From the NCBI GenBank assembly GCA_963932905.1, contig CAWVRN010000003.1, forward strand, positions 220,386 through 284,385: a DNA stretch of 64,000 bases. The letters are read 5' to 3'. The notes beneath the pieces were generated by a model that saw nothing but the letters and a program-made list of their open reading frames with translations, searched no databases and had not been told where the DNA came from. This document shows positions 55,585-64,000 of this stretch, piece after piece; positions within the stretch are counted from its first letter, which is position 1; each line of letters opens with the position of its first letter. Source of the stretch: an uncultured Bdellovibrio sp. GTDB lineage: Bacteria; Bdellovibrionota; Bdellovibrionia; Bdellovibrionales; Bdellovibrionaceae. The translations under genes were made by a program, and so were the position numbers.

Positions 55585-56562
55585 GTGGCTGAATCAAAGC
55601 GTATAACTAAAGATAGTTACCTATTTCGTGACGGTGATGCTCCCGATTATATGTATATTGTTAAATCCGGTCAGCTGGCTATCACTAAAACCAAAGGAAC
55701 AGCTGAAATCGTACTTGCCGAAATCAAAGCCGGCGCGATGGTTGGCGAAATGGCTATCTTTGATAAAAAACCGCGCTCAGCAAATGTTAAAGCCCTAAAA
55801 GATTCCGAAGTCATCGCCCTGCCTTATGAGACACTCAATCAACAATTAGAAGTCCTTCCCGTTTGGGTCAAAGCCATCATGCGTACCATGAATGAAAATC
55901 TTCGTGAAGCCAACAAACGCATCAAACTTTTAGAAAACTCTAATCCAGATGAGGATCGCTTTCCACCGCATACGTTAAACAAACTATTGTCGATTTTAAA
56001 TTTCGTTGGCTTAAAATATGGAACGAAAGAAAATGATGTTTTAATTCTTCCGCAGAACCGTTTGCGAAATACGACCATTCAAATTTTTCAAGAAGCCACA
56101 AACAAAATGCAAGCCGTGACAACGGCCTTAGAAGCCATGAATCTTTTTAAAATTGAAGATTTAGGTGAAGGTAAACAGAAAATTCAAAATTTGAATCCTA
56201 ACTTGTTATTTGATTTCGTTGATTGGTACAATGACTGGCTATTTAAAGCCGACAAAGATAAAGTTTCTTATTCTAACGAAGAAATCAAAACTTTAACTGG
56301 CGTAATCAACTACTCACGCAAATTAGAGGCGAATGCCAAAGGTGCGCGCAAAGTAAATATCAACGATCTGCAAAATGATTCAATGAAAGAGCTAGGTTTC
56401 CTTTTAAAAGTAGAAGACCTAAATCCACTTATCGAAAAAAATCTTTTAAGCGAAAAAATCATGGAAGAATCGGGCGTATATGTGAACCTAATTCTTGATG
56501 ATGTCGAAAAGACCGCTACATATTGGCAAATGATTTGGGATTTCAAGAAACACCTAAGATAA
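55585..56562 (+). CDS. Cyclic-nucleotide-binding domain protein (Crp/Fnr-like)
   Basis: LFRDGD...YIVKSG...GEMAIFD..PRSANVKA. Confidence 0.88.
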   Translation: MAESKRITKDSYLFRDGDAPDYMYIVKSGQLAITKTKGTAEIVLAEIKAGAMVGEMAIFDKKPRSANVKALKDSEVIALPYETLNQQLEVLPVWVKAIMRTMNENLREANKRIKLLENSNPDEDRFPPHTLNKLLSILNFVGLKYGTKENDVLILPQNRLRNTTIQIFQEATNKMQAVTTALEAMNLFKIEDLGEGKQKIQNLNPNLLFDFVDWYNDWLFKADKDKVSYSNEEIKTLTGVINYSRKLEANAKGARKVNINDLQNDSMKELGFLLKVEDLNPLIEKNLLSEKIMEESGVYVNLILDDVEKTATYWQMIWDFKKHLR

Positions 56563-56565
56563 TGT

Positions 56566-58314
56566 CTATTTTGCTTGTCCGATAACGTTTATCTTCCAAC
56601 CGTTAATAGTTCCCGCAGTACCTGAACGACCATCAACTACTTTCATAGTCCACGTTCCAACTGAAGATTCTTGATAGAAGGCATTCGTTAAAAAACGCAT
56701 ACTACGAATATTGGCTGTTTTATCCAATGAATTGTTCATTGGAACAACAACACTTCTTAAGCCACGTGGTGAAATCAACTCAACGGCCAACTCACCGGCA
56801 TTCGCGTGGGTAACATCTGGGGTGATTTGGATCGCTTCAATTGTAATATCTTGTGAAAATTCAATCGTCGAAGTCGCCCCTGTCGATGAAAAATCGGGAA
56901 CTGAAATACTAAGCCCAGTCACTGATTGACTGGCTTCAATCAACGGCGAAGTAAATAGAGATTTATAAGTCGAAGCGAACTCAACAGCCTTGTCGACATC
57001 GATCTTTCCAAATCCATAATAATTGCTAAAACGGAACCCAGCTGCATTGGTTACCCAGTCTTCATCCCACTTATACCCTGCCGGTGATTTCTGACTTAAA
57101 TACGTAGTGTGATTCAACGAGTACAAATAGTTGTCGGTGTTATCAAAATCCAAAGCAGCTTCTTTGGCTGTTTTCGCCAGGATATATTTCACATCGCGCC
57201 AATTTAATTTGGGATATGCACTTAATAACAAGGCCACCGCACCGGCTGTGGTAGGTGCTGCACTCGATGTACCATTAAATTGAACTGTGTAGTTGCAACC
57301 CGTGTTTCCGTTGTTACCTTTTTGGAAGCCTGATCCAATATTGCCAGAGTTTCCTGTCAGTGCAGAATTAGCATATCCTAAAGCACAACCTTTTCTATCC
57401 GTTGTTACCATCGCCGGCGCTTTTACACCGTCATAGCCACCGGCTGAAGAAACCCACAGATTCGAACCAGGTGAGCTATAATTTGTTACGATACCAGTCG
57501 CAAGGTAGCCACCCACAATAATCGTATACGGCGTATTACTGTAGTCATCAAACACAGAAAATCCAAGGCGATAATCATTCACTCCACGAGTGATTTCTTC
57601 TACGCGCGAATTTCCGGACGATTTGACATAAATTTTTCCTTTACCATTGCGACCGTTACTAACACCCTCTTTAAGCTGATCTTCAAATGAAGGATCCACC
57701 GAATAGTAATTACTTTGCGGATACCCCCAACTCATGTTCACAACATCCACATCACCTTTTGGTTGATCAGCAATAACATCAGATGTTTTAGAAACTTCAT
57801 CTGACATAAAATTAGTTGCGATTAACTTTGCCTCCGGCGCCACACCTGTGCTACCCAAGCCGTTTCCGCCAATGGCGGCAATTAATCCCGCCACAGATGT
57901 TCCGTGAAAATCGGAATCAGTAGGCGGCGCATTCGTAGATGCCCACACAGTATTAAAATAATCTCGCGATCCACCAGATAGATTGTAATTTCCAGACAAA
58001 TCGTCGTGGGAATACTCAACACCATCATCACTGACTTGCACAGTGATGCCTTTACCGTAAACTCCGGAATTCCATGTTTTTAATAAATTCATGTCCATGC
58101 CGGATACTCCGCCCGAAGACGCAAAAATAGACTGACCTTTATTATTCAAATGCCAGGCATAACTAAACAAAGGGTCGCTTTGAGGTAGACCTAAAATTGA
58201 AGACCCATCCACTGGCGGCGTGGCAACACCAAAGCCTTTCTGATCGCAGTTTTGAAACGCGACAATCAGAACAAAGCCAATTAAAGAAAGAACTATCTTC
58301 TTTGTCATATTCAC
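56566..58314 (-). CDS. Kexin/furin-like S8 serine protease with P domain, lipoprotein
   Basis: AFQNC lipobox; DDG, HGTSVAG, SSGN, NGTSSAAP, YGFG; C-terminal P domain. Confidence 0.93.
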   Translation of the reverse strand: MNMTKKIVLSLIGFVLIVAFQNCDQKGFGVATPPVDGSSILGLPQSDPLFSYAWHLNNKGQSIFASSGGVSGMDMNLLKTWNSGVYGKGITVQVSDDGVEYSHDDLSGNYNLSGGSRDYFNTVWASTNAPPTDSDFHGTSVAGLIAAIGGNGLGSTGVAPEAKLIATNFMSDEVSKTSDVIADQPKGDVDVVNMSWGYPQSNYYSVDPSFEDQLKEGVSNGRNGKGKIYVKSSGNSRVEEITRGVNDYRLGFSVFDDYSNTPYTIIVGGYLATGIVTNYSSPGSNLWVSSAGGYDGVKAPAMVTTDRKGCALGYANSALTGNSGNIGSGFQKGNNGNTGCNYTVQFNGTSSAAPTTAGAVALLLSAYPKLNWRDVKYILAKTAKEAALDFDNTDNYLYSLNHTTYLSQKSPAGYKWDEDWVTNAAGFRFSNYYGFGKIDVDKAVEFASTYKSLFTSPLIEASQSVTGLSISVPDFSSTGATSTIEFSQDITIEAIQITPDVTHANAGELAVELISPRGLRSVVVPMNNSLDKTANIRSMRFLTNAFYQESSVGTWTMKVVDGRSGTAGTINGWKINVIGQAK

Positions 58315-59075
58315 TAGTTTCTAATCCAATCTGTTTTCACAACTTCAAAATAAAATCGTTCAATTCGCTGATCACCCCTAAGTGTCGCGTTCAACTTGGA
58401 ATAGGCGCCTAAGTGTGAGGCCTCCAGGTAAGCCGTTTTAATTTCTGTAGAGACTAAATCAATTTTCAAACCGTATTCTTTTACGATCGCATCCATGTCA
58501 GAAAGATCCCGAACCTTTAAAACCACACGCCCAGTTAGAATGCCGTAAAATTGCTGGTTTTCCTCAAAGATCAAACCCATGGCCTTGCCAGACGATGAAT
58601 CTTCTTTTCGTGAGACATGATATGGTCCCATTGTGAATAACGAATTTTGACTCGGGTCCTTGCTGACTTGCAAATCAGAAAACAGACTCCATGTTCCATT
58701 ACCAACAATTTGCAAATCAATATTTTCACGTTTCTCAGCTTTAATTAAAGTGAACACGGCGCTGCTCGCTTGGTTTCGCTTTTTTTGTTCAGCTAAAAAA
58801 AGATTTGATAATGGATCCAAGCGATCGTCACCACCACCTTCTGATGTCGGTACACGTGCACTCGCAGCAACAGCTTCTTTCGATACGGCATTTGGGTGTT
58901 TACTTTCATCTTGCGATTTTTCGTTTGGCTTCATGACTGTGTTACCATTTGTGCGCGGCATTTTCACAATAGAACGATCCGTTAAATCGTCTTTTATACG
59001 AGGCGAATTAACAAGGTAAACAGATAGAATGACAAGCGAAACAACTACGTAAGGAACCCACTTCATACCCATCAT
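58314..59075 (-). CDS. Membrane-anchored protein coupled to the S8 protease; possible external chaperone
   Basis: N-terminal TM; stop/start overlap at 58314; C-terminal GILTG.VVLK...Y domain. Confidence 0.6.
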   Translation of the reverse strand: MMGMKWVPYVVVSLVILSVYLVNSPRIKDDLTDRSIVKMPRTNGNTVMKPNEKSQDESKHPNAVSKEAVAASARVPTSEGGGDDRLDPLSNLFLAEQKKRNQASSAVFTLIKAEKRENIDLQIVGNGTWSLFSDLQVSKDPSQNSLFTMGPYHVSRKEDSSSGKAMGLIFEENQQFYGILTGRVVLKVRDLSDMDAIVKEYGLKIDLVSTEIKTAYLEASHLGAYSKLNATLRGDQRIERFYFEVVKTDWIRN

Positions 59076-59206
59076 TTTATTATAAATTTTATTGAAAGAA
59101 TGTGGAATTTAATGAAATTTTATATCTCAAAACAAGTCGTTTAGCCGGAACTGTTCTGAAGCGACGTAATGCTTATCTATAACTGATTAGACTGAATCAC
59201 ATCGCC

Positions 59207-60679
59207 TTATCTGTAGCGCAATGGGATCAATTGATCGTGCAGTTTTTCAGTCGAGGTCTCGCCCAAAATGTGAACATAGAGAGCGTTTGTTTTACTGCCA
59301 CTATCCACCGGTTGTCCCAAAGTGAGAATTATGCGGTCGCCTGGTTTGGCTAGACCATAACTGACCATCACGTTATCTAATTGAGCCAAGATATCCATCA
59401 ACGATTTATATTCACTGATTTTCAGAGTTTGCAGTCCCCACGTCAACTCAAGACGGTTCAATACTTCAAGCTGACTAGTCATCGCATAGATTGGCACTTG
59501 AGGTCTAAACCCAGAGATAATCTGTGCTGTCTTACCTGATGTCGTTAAACACACGATGGCCTTGGCATTCAGCTTCAAAGCACTTAGACAGGCGCTGGCG
59601 CCGATACTACTCGGAATACTTAAAAATTCATTTTCGAGCGAGATACGATAATACTTCTCTTCGTTCTTTTCCACTTCAGCAATAATTTCATGCATCGTTT
59701 GAATAGTTTTAAACGGATGCTTACCACTTGCACTCTCTGCAGATAACATTAGCGCATCTGTTCCATCTAAAACAGCATTCGCCACGTCGGTGATTTCCGC
59801 ACGAGTAGGACGCGGATTTTCAACCATAGAATCTAACATCTGAGTCGCCGTGATAACCGGTTTATTCATATCATTACACATGGTAATGATTTTCTTTTGA
59901 ATGCCTGGCAAACGAGTTTGACCGACTTCAACGGCCAAGTCACCACGTGCTACCATAACAGCGTCAGATAAACGAATAATTTCATCCAAGTTTTCCAAAG
60001 CTTCTAACATTTCAATCTTGGCTACAATTTTTGCGCTGCTGTTTTCAAGTTCTATCAATTCTCGCAAATAACGAATATCGCGTCCATGTCGGACAAAACT
60101 AAGCGCCACATAATCAACATCATTTTTTAAACCAAACTTTAAATCTTGAAGATCTTTTTCCGTTAACGATTTAATAGGCAATTTCGCTTCAGGTATATTG
60201 ATACCTTTGCGATCTTTCAGTAAACCACCATAAATCACACGCAAAACAATTGAAGTCTCTTTAACTTTTTCGATAACAAGTTCAATCAATCCGTCATCAA
60301 GCAAAACTTTATAACCAACTGATACGATAGACAGAAGTTCTTTTAAGTCACAGGGAATTAGTTTTTCATTACCTTCTACCGGGTCAGGTGTCATTTCGAC
60401 GATGTCACCAACTTTTAAAACGATGGATCCATTGGGAAAGCGGCCCACGCGAATTTTCGGACCTTGCAAATCTTGCAAAATAGCAACGGGAACATTCAGT
60501 TCTTGTGATAAAGCACGAATATACTCGATATTTTTCAAATGACCTTCGTGATTACCATGGCTGAAATTTAATCGCGCCACATTCATCCCCGACTCAATCG
60601 CTTGTTTGATAGTTTCTTTAGTGCTTGTAGATGGCCCTAGTGTAGCCACGATCTTTGCCTTACGAGTATATAATTTCAT
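59207..60679 (-). CDS. pyk: Pyruvate kinase
   Basis: KIVATLGP, ARLNFSHG, DLQGPKIR, MVARGDL, ATQMLDSM...PTRAE. Confidence 0.99.
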   Translation of the reverse strand: MKLYTRKAKIVATLGPSTSTKETIKQAIESGMNVARLNFSHGNHEGHLKNIEYIRALSQELNVPVAILQDLQGPKIRVGRFPNGSIVLKVGDIVEMTPDPVEGNEKLIPCDLKELLSIVSVGYKVLLDDGLIELVIEKVKETSIVLRVIYGGLLKDRKGINIPEAKLPIKSLTEKDLQDLKFGLKNDVDYVALSFVRHGRDIRYLRELIELENSSAKIVAKIEMLEALENLDEIIRLSDAVMVARGDLAVEVGQTRLPGIQKKIITMCNDMNKPVITATQMLDSMVENPRPTRAEITDVANAVLDGTDALMLSAESASGKHPFKTIQTMHEIIAEVEKNEEKYYRISLENEFLSIPSSIGASACLSALKLNAKAIVCLTTSGKTAQIISGFRPQVPIYAMTSQLEVLNRLELTWGLQTLKISEYKSLMDILAQLDNVMVSYGLAKPGDRIILTLGQPVDSGSKTNALYVHILGETSTEKLHDQLIPLRYR

Positions 60680-60681
60680 TT

Positions 60682-62382
60682 TTAAGCTTTCCGGCTATAA
60701 TTTTGCATCTTCACAGAGAGCTCTTTCATATCTTCTTGGTGCCTATCGTTCATACGATCAATCTGCGCCCGATATTGCTCCTGCAAAGTCTTCAACTTTT
60801 CCTCGTATTTATCTTGGACTTCATTGCGAGTATTGACAATGGCTTTGTTCTTTTCTGACATTGCCGCTTCGGATTGTTTGCTAAATGACTTCATTTCTTT
60901 CGCATGCTCGTCATTCAAACGAGCAATTTTCTCTTCGAAGCCACGCGTCGTTCTATCTAACCGTTGCTCATAAGTCGTTTTAAGTTTTCTAAACTTCTCA
61001 CCCATCAAATTTGTTAAATTGGCTAAATCTCTGTCATGCTTTTCGCGTTGCTCGAAAATTTTACCAAGATAGCCTTCCTTCATCTGATCCAAGTACTCGT
61101 CATAATATTCAGTGATACGGCCTTCATTTTCATTGGCAATACGTTGAATGGTTTCGACACGCTTTTCTGCCGAATTTTTAACATTATACACTTCATTTTT
61201 ATTCTGTTCTTGTATCGCGTTACGATCTTGACGATGCTTTTCATCTGACAACGCTTGCCCCATACGCGCTTTTAAAGTCGCCTCTTGCAATATATCCGCA
61301 TTTGTCTGATTTACCTTGGAAATTCGCTTATCGTTGACATCTTTTAAAACATCACGCTGCTCGTTCAAATTATTTTCGTAGATATCAAGTTTCTTTTCGT
61401 AACTGTCCACAATATGTTGCTTTTCAATGCCGTCCATTTTCTTCTGATTTAACCGATCTACATACATACGATTTTTTAAACGATAGATCTCGTTATCTTT
61501 GACTCGAACTTGATTATTCAACTTTTCGCCAACACTATCACGCAAATTGTCGCTATTGCCATCCAAGCGTTCTTCCAACGCCATATACTTGTTTTCAAAC
61601 TTTTCACGGGCCTTATTCACTTCCTGTTTTAGCATCTCATCACGAGTTTTGATCTCGTCAGAATACTGTTCGTTCATAGTCTGAACAGTATTTGAATACT
61701 TACTTGCCCAATTATCATTTTCACGTTGATTCGTTTTCTTATAGTTGCCAATTTCTGATTCGTAATAACGTCTTAACTTTGCGCGCTCATCATAGGATTT
61801 CTGTTTTTCATCTTCGCTAGCGGACACCAACACTCGTTTTTCTTTATCATGAGCCGCACGCATTTTTTCATTACGCTCAGCTAACGTTTCCTGCATTGCG
61901 GAACGACTGGTTTGATGGATATTATCAATTTGTTCGTTACGCTTGTTGATCTCGTCGTTAAATTTACGTTGAATTAAGTTTTTTTGACTTTCCGTGACCT
62001 TGTTCTGATGCTGTTTTTCGGATTCGTAATTTTCAACTAAATGATCTCGTTCGCTTTGTGAATCTTCCATTTTTTTACGCAGTTGACTGGCATAAACACC
62101 ACGCACATCTTCGATTTGTTTTTGGTGACTGCGATCACGATCAGTTAGGCGATCATAGAACTTGCCTTGCATGTCGTTGATTTTTGCTTCGTAAGTCTCA
62201 CGAGTTTCTTTCAACTCTTCCTGATGCTTTTGCTGATTGCGTTTAATTTCCGCATTTTTCTTTTTCAGATTCGCCGTTTCACGCGACTCATACTCTTCTT
62301 TTAAATCCGCAATGCGACTCGTTTCATTAGCGCGATCAGATCGTGAAATGGCCATTATATCCCTCCTGGATATACTCTCCAT
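60682..62382 (-). CDS. Long coiled-coil hypothetical protein
   Basis: E/K/R/Q-rich heptads over >500 aa, no Pro and few Gly. Confidence 0.8.
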   Translation of the reverse strand: MESISRRDIMAISRSDRANETSRIADLKEEYESRETANLKKKNAEIKRNQQKHQEELKETRETYEAKINDMQGKFYDRLTDRDRSHQKQIEDVRGVYASQLRKKMEDSQSERDHLVENYESEKQHQNKVTESQKNLIQRKFNDEINKRNEQIDNIHQTSRSAMQETLAERNEKMRAAHDKEKRVLVSASEDEKQKSYDERAKLRRYYESEIGNYKKTNQRENDNWASKYSNTVQTMNEQYSDEIKTRDEMLKQEVNKAREKFENKYMALEERLDGNSDNLRDSVGEKLNNQVRVKDNEIYRLKNRMYVDRLNQKKMDGIEKQHIVDSYEKKLDIYENNLNEQRDVLKDVNDKRISKVNQTNADILQEATLKARMGQALSDEKHRQDRNAIQEQNKNEVYNVKNSAEKRVETIQRIANENEGRITEYYDEYLDQMKEGYLGKIFEQREKHDRDLANLTNLMGEKFRKLKTTYEQRLDRTTRGFEEKIARLNDEHAKEMKSFSKQSEAAMSEKNKAIVNTRNEVQDKYEEKLKTLQEQYRAQIDRMNDRHQEDMKELSVKMQNYSRKA

Positions 62383-62475
62383 TTTAATAGAGTCCCTGTG
62401 TTTTTATGATCCAATTTTTAAGATTTCAGCAAAATACGTCTTTGGTCTGTATCATAAGGATCGACGTTCATCGAG

Positions 62476-63171
62476 TTATCGCTCGAAAACCTTATTAAAA
62501 TAATCGAGCTTACGTTTTTCTTGCGCGACCTGCGCTCGCTGCTTGGCTTCTCGTGCTTGACGCTCAAGCTTTTGGTCATGAGCAATAGATCTCTTTATTA
62601 AATTTTGATTTAACTCTTCAGCCCACGCAAGATAGTTTTTATGTTTTGGCAAAAACTCGTCCATGTACTCGCTCGCTTCCTTATGGTTTAGATGCTTCGT
62701 ATTCACATAGCGAACCAGATGTTCTTTCAAATTAATCACCTGCAGAGGATCAAAATTCACTACGTCTGAAACCATCGAAAACGATCCTTGAAAACCTTCT
62801 GTGACTTTATAACTGCCCATCGCAAACACACCATCTAGAACGTCAACTTTTAAGGCGCCTTCACTTCCGAAAAATAGATATTTTCCTTTTTGCAAGGTGA
62901 TTTGTTTTTTCTTAAAATAAACAGAGGATTTTGATTCGACTTCAAATAGAACCGGGCCATAGACCCATTCCAATTGATCGTTTTCTTTTTTCAGAAGAGT
63001 TTCTTTTCCCATAAACACGTGTAAATTTTCAGTATTGTAAGAAGACACTTTTTTTACTGTTCCGAAATGACAAACTGGCAACGATGATGATAAACAACTT
63101 TTAGGAAATTCGACATATCCCATCGCGATTTGGCTACAAATAAAAATAAAAATAGCGACGGCAAATTTCAT
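62476..63171 (-). CDS. Exported hypothetical protein
   Basis: Signal peptide, beta-rich N-terminal half, helical tail. Confidence 0.7.
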   Translation of the reverse strand: MKFAVAIFIFICSQIAMGYVEFPKSCLSSSLPVCHFGTVKKVSSYNTENLHVFMGKETLLKKENDQLEWVYGPVLFEVESKSSVYFKKKQITLQKGKYLFFGSEGALKVDVLDGVFAMGSYKVTEGFQGSFSMVSDVVNFDPLQVINLKEHLVRYVNTKHLNHKEASEYMDEFLPKHKNYLAWAEELNQNLIKRSIAHDQKLERQAREAKQRAQVAQEKRKLDYFNKVFER

Positions 63172-63173
63172 AA

Positions 63174-63854
63174 CTATTCTTCTAATCTAGTAATTCTATG
63201 TTCAGCCTCAGCGACCAAACTTTTGTCTTTAAACTGTGTCTTGATTATTTTATAAATAGAAATTGCTTCTGCTGTTTGGTCCGCTTTCTCGCTGATCTGA
63301 CCTAGCCTTAACAAGGCGTATCCAGTCATAATATGATCAGGGAATAAATTCGTCATCTTTTCAATTGAATTGATCGCTTTGTCGAACTGACGATTTAAGA
63401 AATAGGACTCACTGGCAAAAAAAGTAACCTCGGGAACCATTACACTTTGTGAATTTTTATCTAAAAACTCCTCGGCCATCTCTGTAACTTCGAAGTAATT
63501 TTTTGCTCGAAATGCTTTTTTAATCTTTTCGGCCTCTAACAGACTCATATCAATCTGCGGCAACGATGCCGGACTTCGTAGTTGTGAACGCAAGTTTTGC
63601 AAGGCCAAGCTATTGGCCGGTATCGCGCCTTCTTTTTCTAAAACCGCAAGTGTTTCTGATTTAACCTCTTCCATCTGCGCGCGAACCACCCGCAATTCGA
63701 ACTCTTTCTTTTCAAGCTGTTCAGAATTATCTTTGGGCATTTCAGCCAGTAGCTGCTGCCTATCGAAGTAATTTTCTGATTTGAAGTAGACGATGGTCAG
63801 GCCTAGCAGCAAAAGCAAACAAAACTGTGTGAATATACCTATTGAAACTCGCAT
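63174..63854 (-). CDS. Membrane-anchored TPR protein (YbgF/CpoB-like)
   Basis: N-terminal TM, coiled coil, TPRs (A...F...FP......ALLRLG). Confidence 0.75.
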   Translation of the reverse strand: MRVSIGIFTQFCLLLLLGLTIVYFKSENYFDRQQLLAEMPKDNSEQLEKKEFELRVVRAQMEEVKSETLAVLEKEGAIPANSLALQNLRSQLRSPASLPQIDMSLLEAEKIKKAFRAKNYFEVTEMAEEFLDKNSQSVMVPEVTFFASESYFLNRQFDKAINSIEKMTNLFPDHIMTGYALLRLGQISEKADQTAEAISIYKIIKTQFKDKSLVAEAEHRITRLEE

Positions 63855-63861
63855 ACAGACT

Positions 63862-63888
63862 AGATCGGCTAGACTTAGGAAAAGCTTA
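63862..63888 (-). promoter_or_regulatory. Sigma28 (FliA)-type promoter
   Basis: Minus strand TAAG-N15-GCCGATCT versus consensus TAAA-N15-GCCGATAA. Confidence 0.55.
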
Positions 63889-64000
63889 GCTGAAAAATCT
63901 TGGTTTCAAGGTCCAGGAAAATGTCTAAAAAAAAGACATATTCTAAAGAACTGGCCCCTTACTTTGCATTTGGAATAGTATTTGTTTAAGGCTCATTTAT

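Noticed and set aside
63952..63967. TGGCCCCTTACTTTGC as a sigma54 promoter
   Set aside because: Spacing is GG-N11-GC rather than N10, and the downstream gene is outside the window.

Overview
The window has two parts. (1) Positions 1 to ~28,064 are the right-hand part of an integrative conjugative element (ICE) ending at the 3' end of a tRNA-Val(GAC) gene (28065-28140, minus strand); its other boundary is not visible. It carries a Czc/Cus-type heavy-metal RND efflux cluster, a SRAP/YedK protein, several orphan ORFs, a compact VirB-like T4SS operon with an FtsK/TcpA-type ATPase and a Replication-relaxation family protein, an orphan DNA methyltransferase and a tyrosine integrase. Divergent from the transfer operon is a tightly coupled six-gene operon: sigma54 response regulator, stand-alone His-phosphoacceptor-like mini-protein, radical SAM/SPASM enzyme, small secreted protein, family-5 peptide-binding protein and hybrid histidine kinase. 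It looks like a radical-SAM-modified-peptide sensing phosphorelay (LuxPQ-U-O-like logic) that may control ICE transfer, and is the best candidate for an undescribed system. (2) Positions ~28,065-64,000 are host chromosome, probably Bdellovibrionota (inferred from an AFQNC lipoprotein motif and many secreted hydrolases): lipB, dnaE, guaA, guaB, miaB, aceB, aceA, a thiolase, pyk, secreted proteases and a papain-like/phospholipase D fusion. All calls come from reading motifs by eye; no database searches were run.
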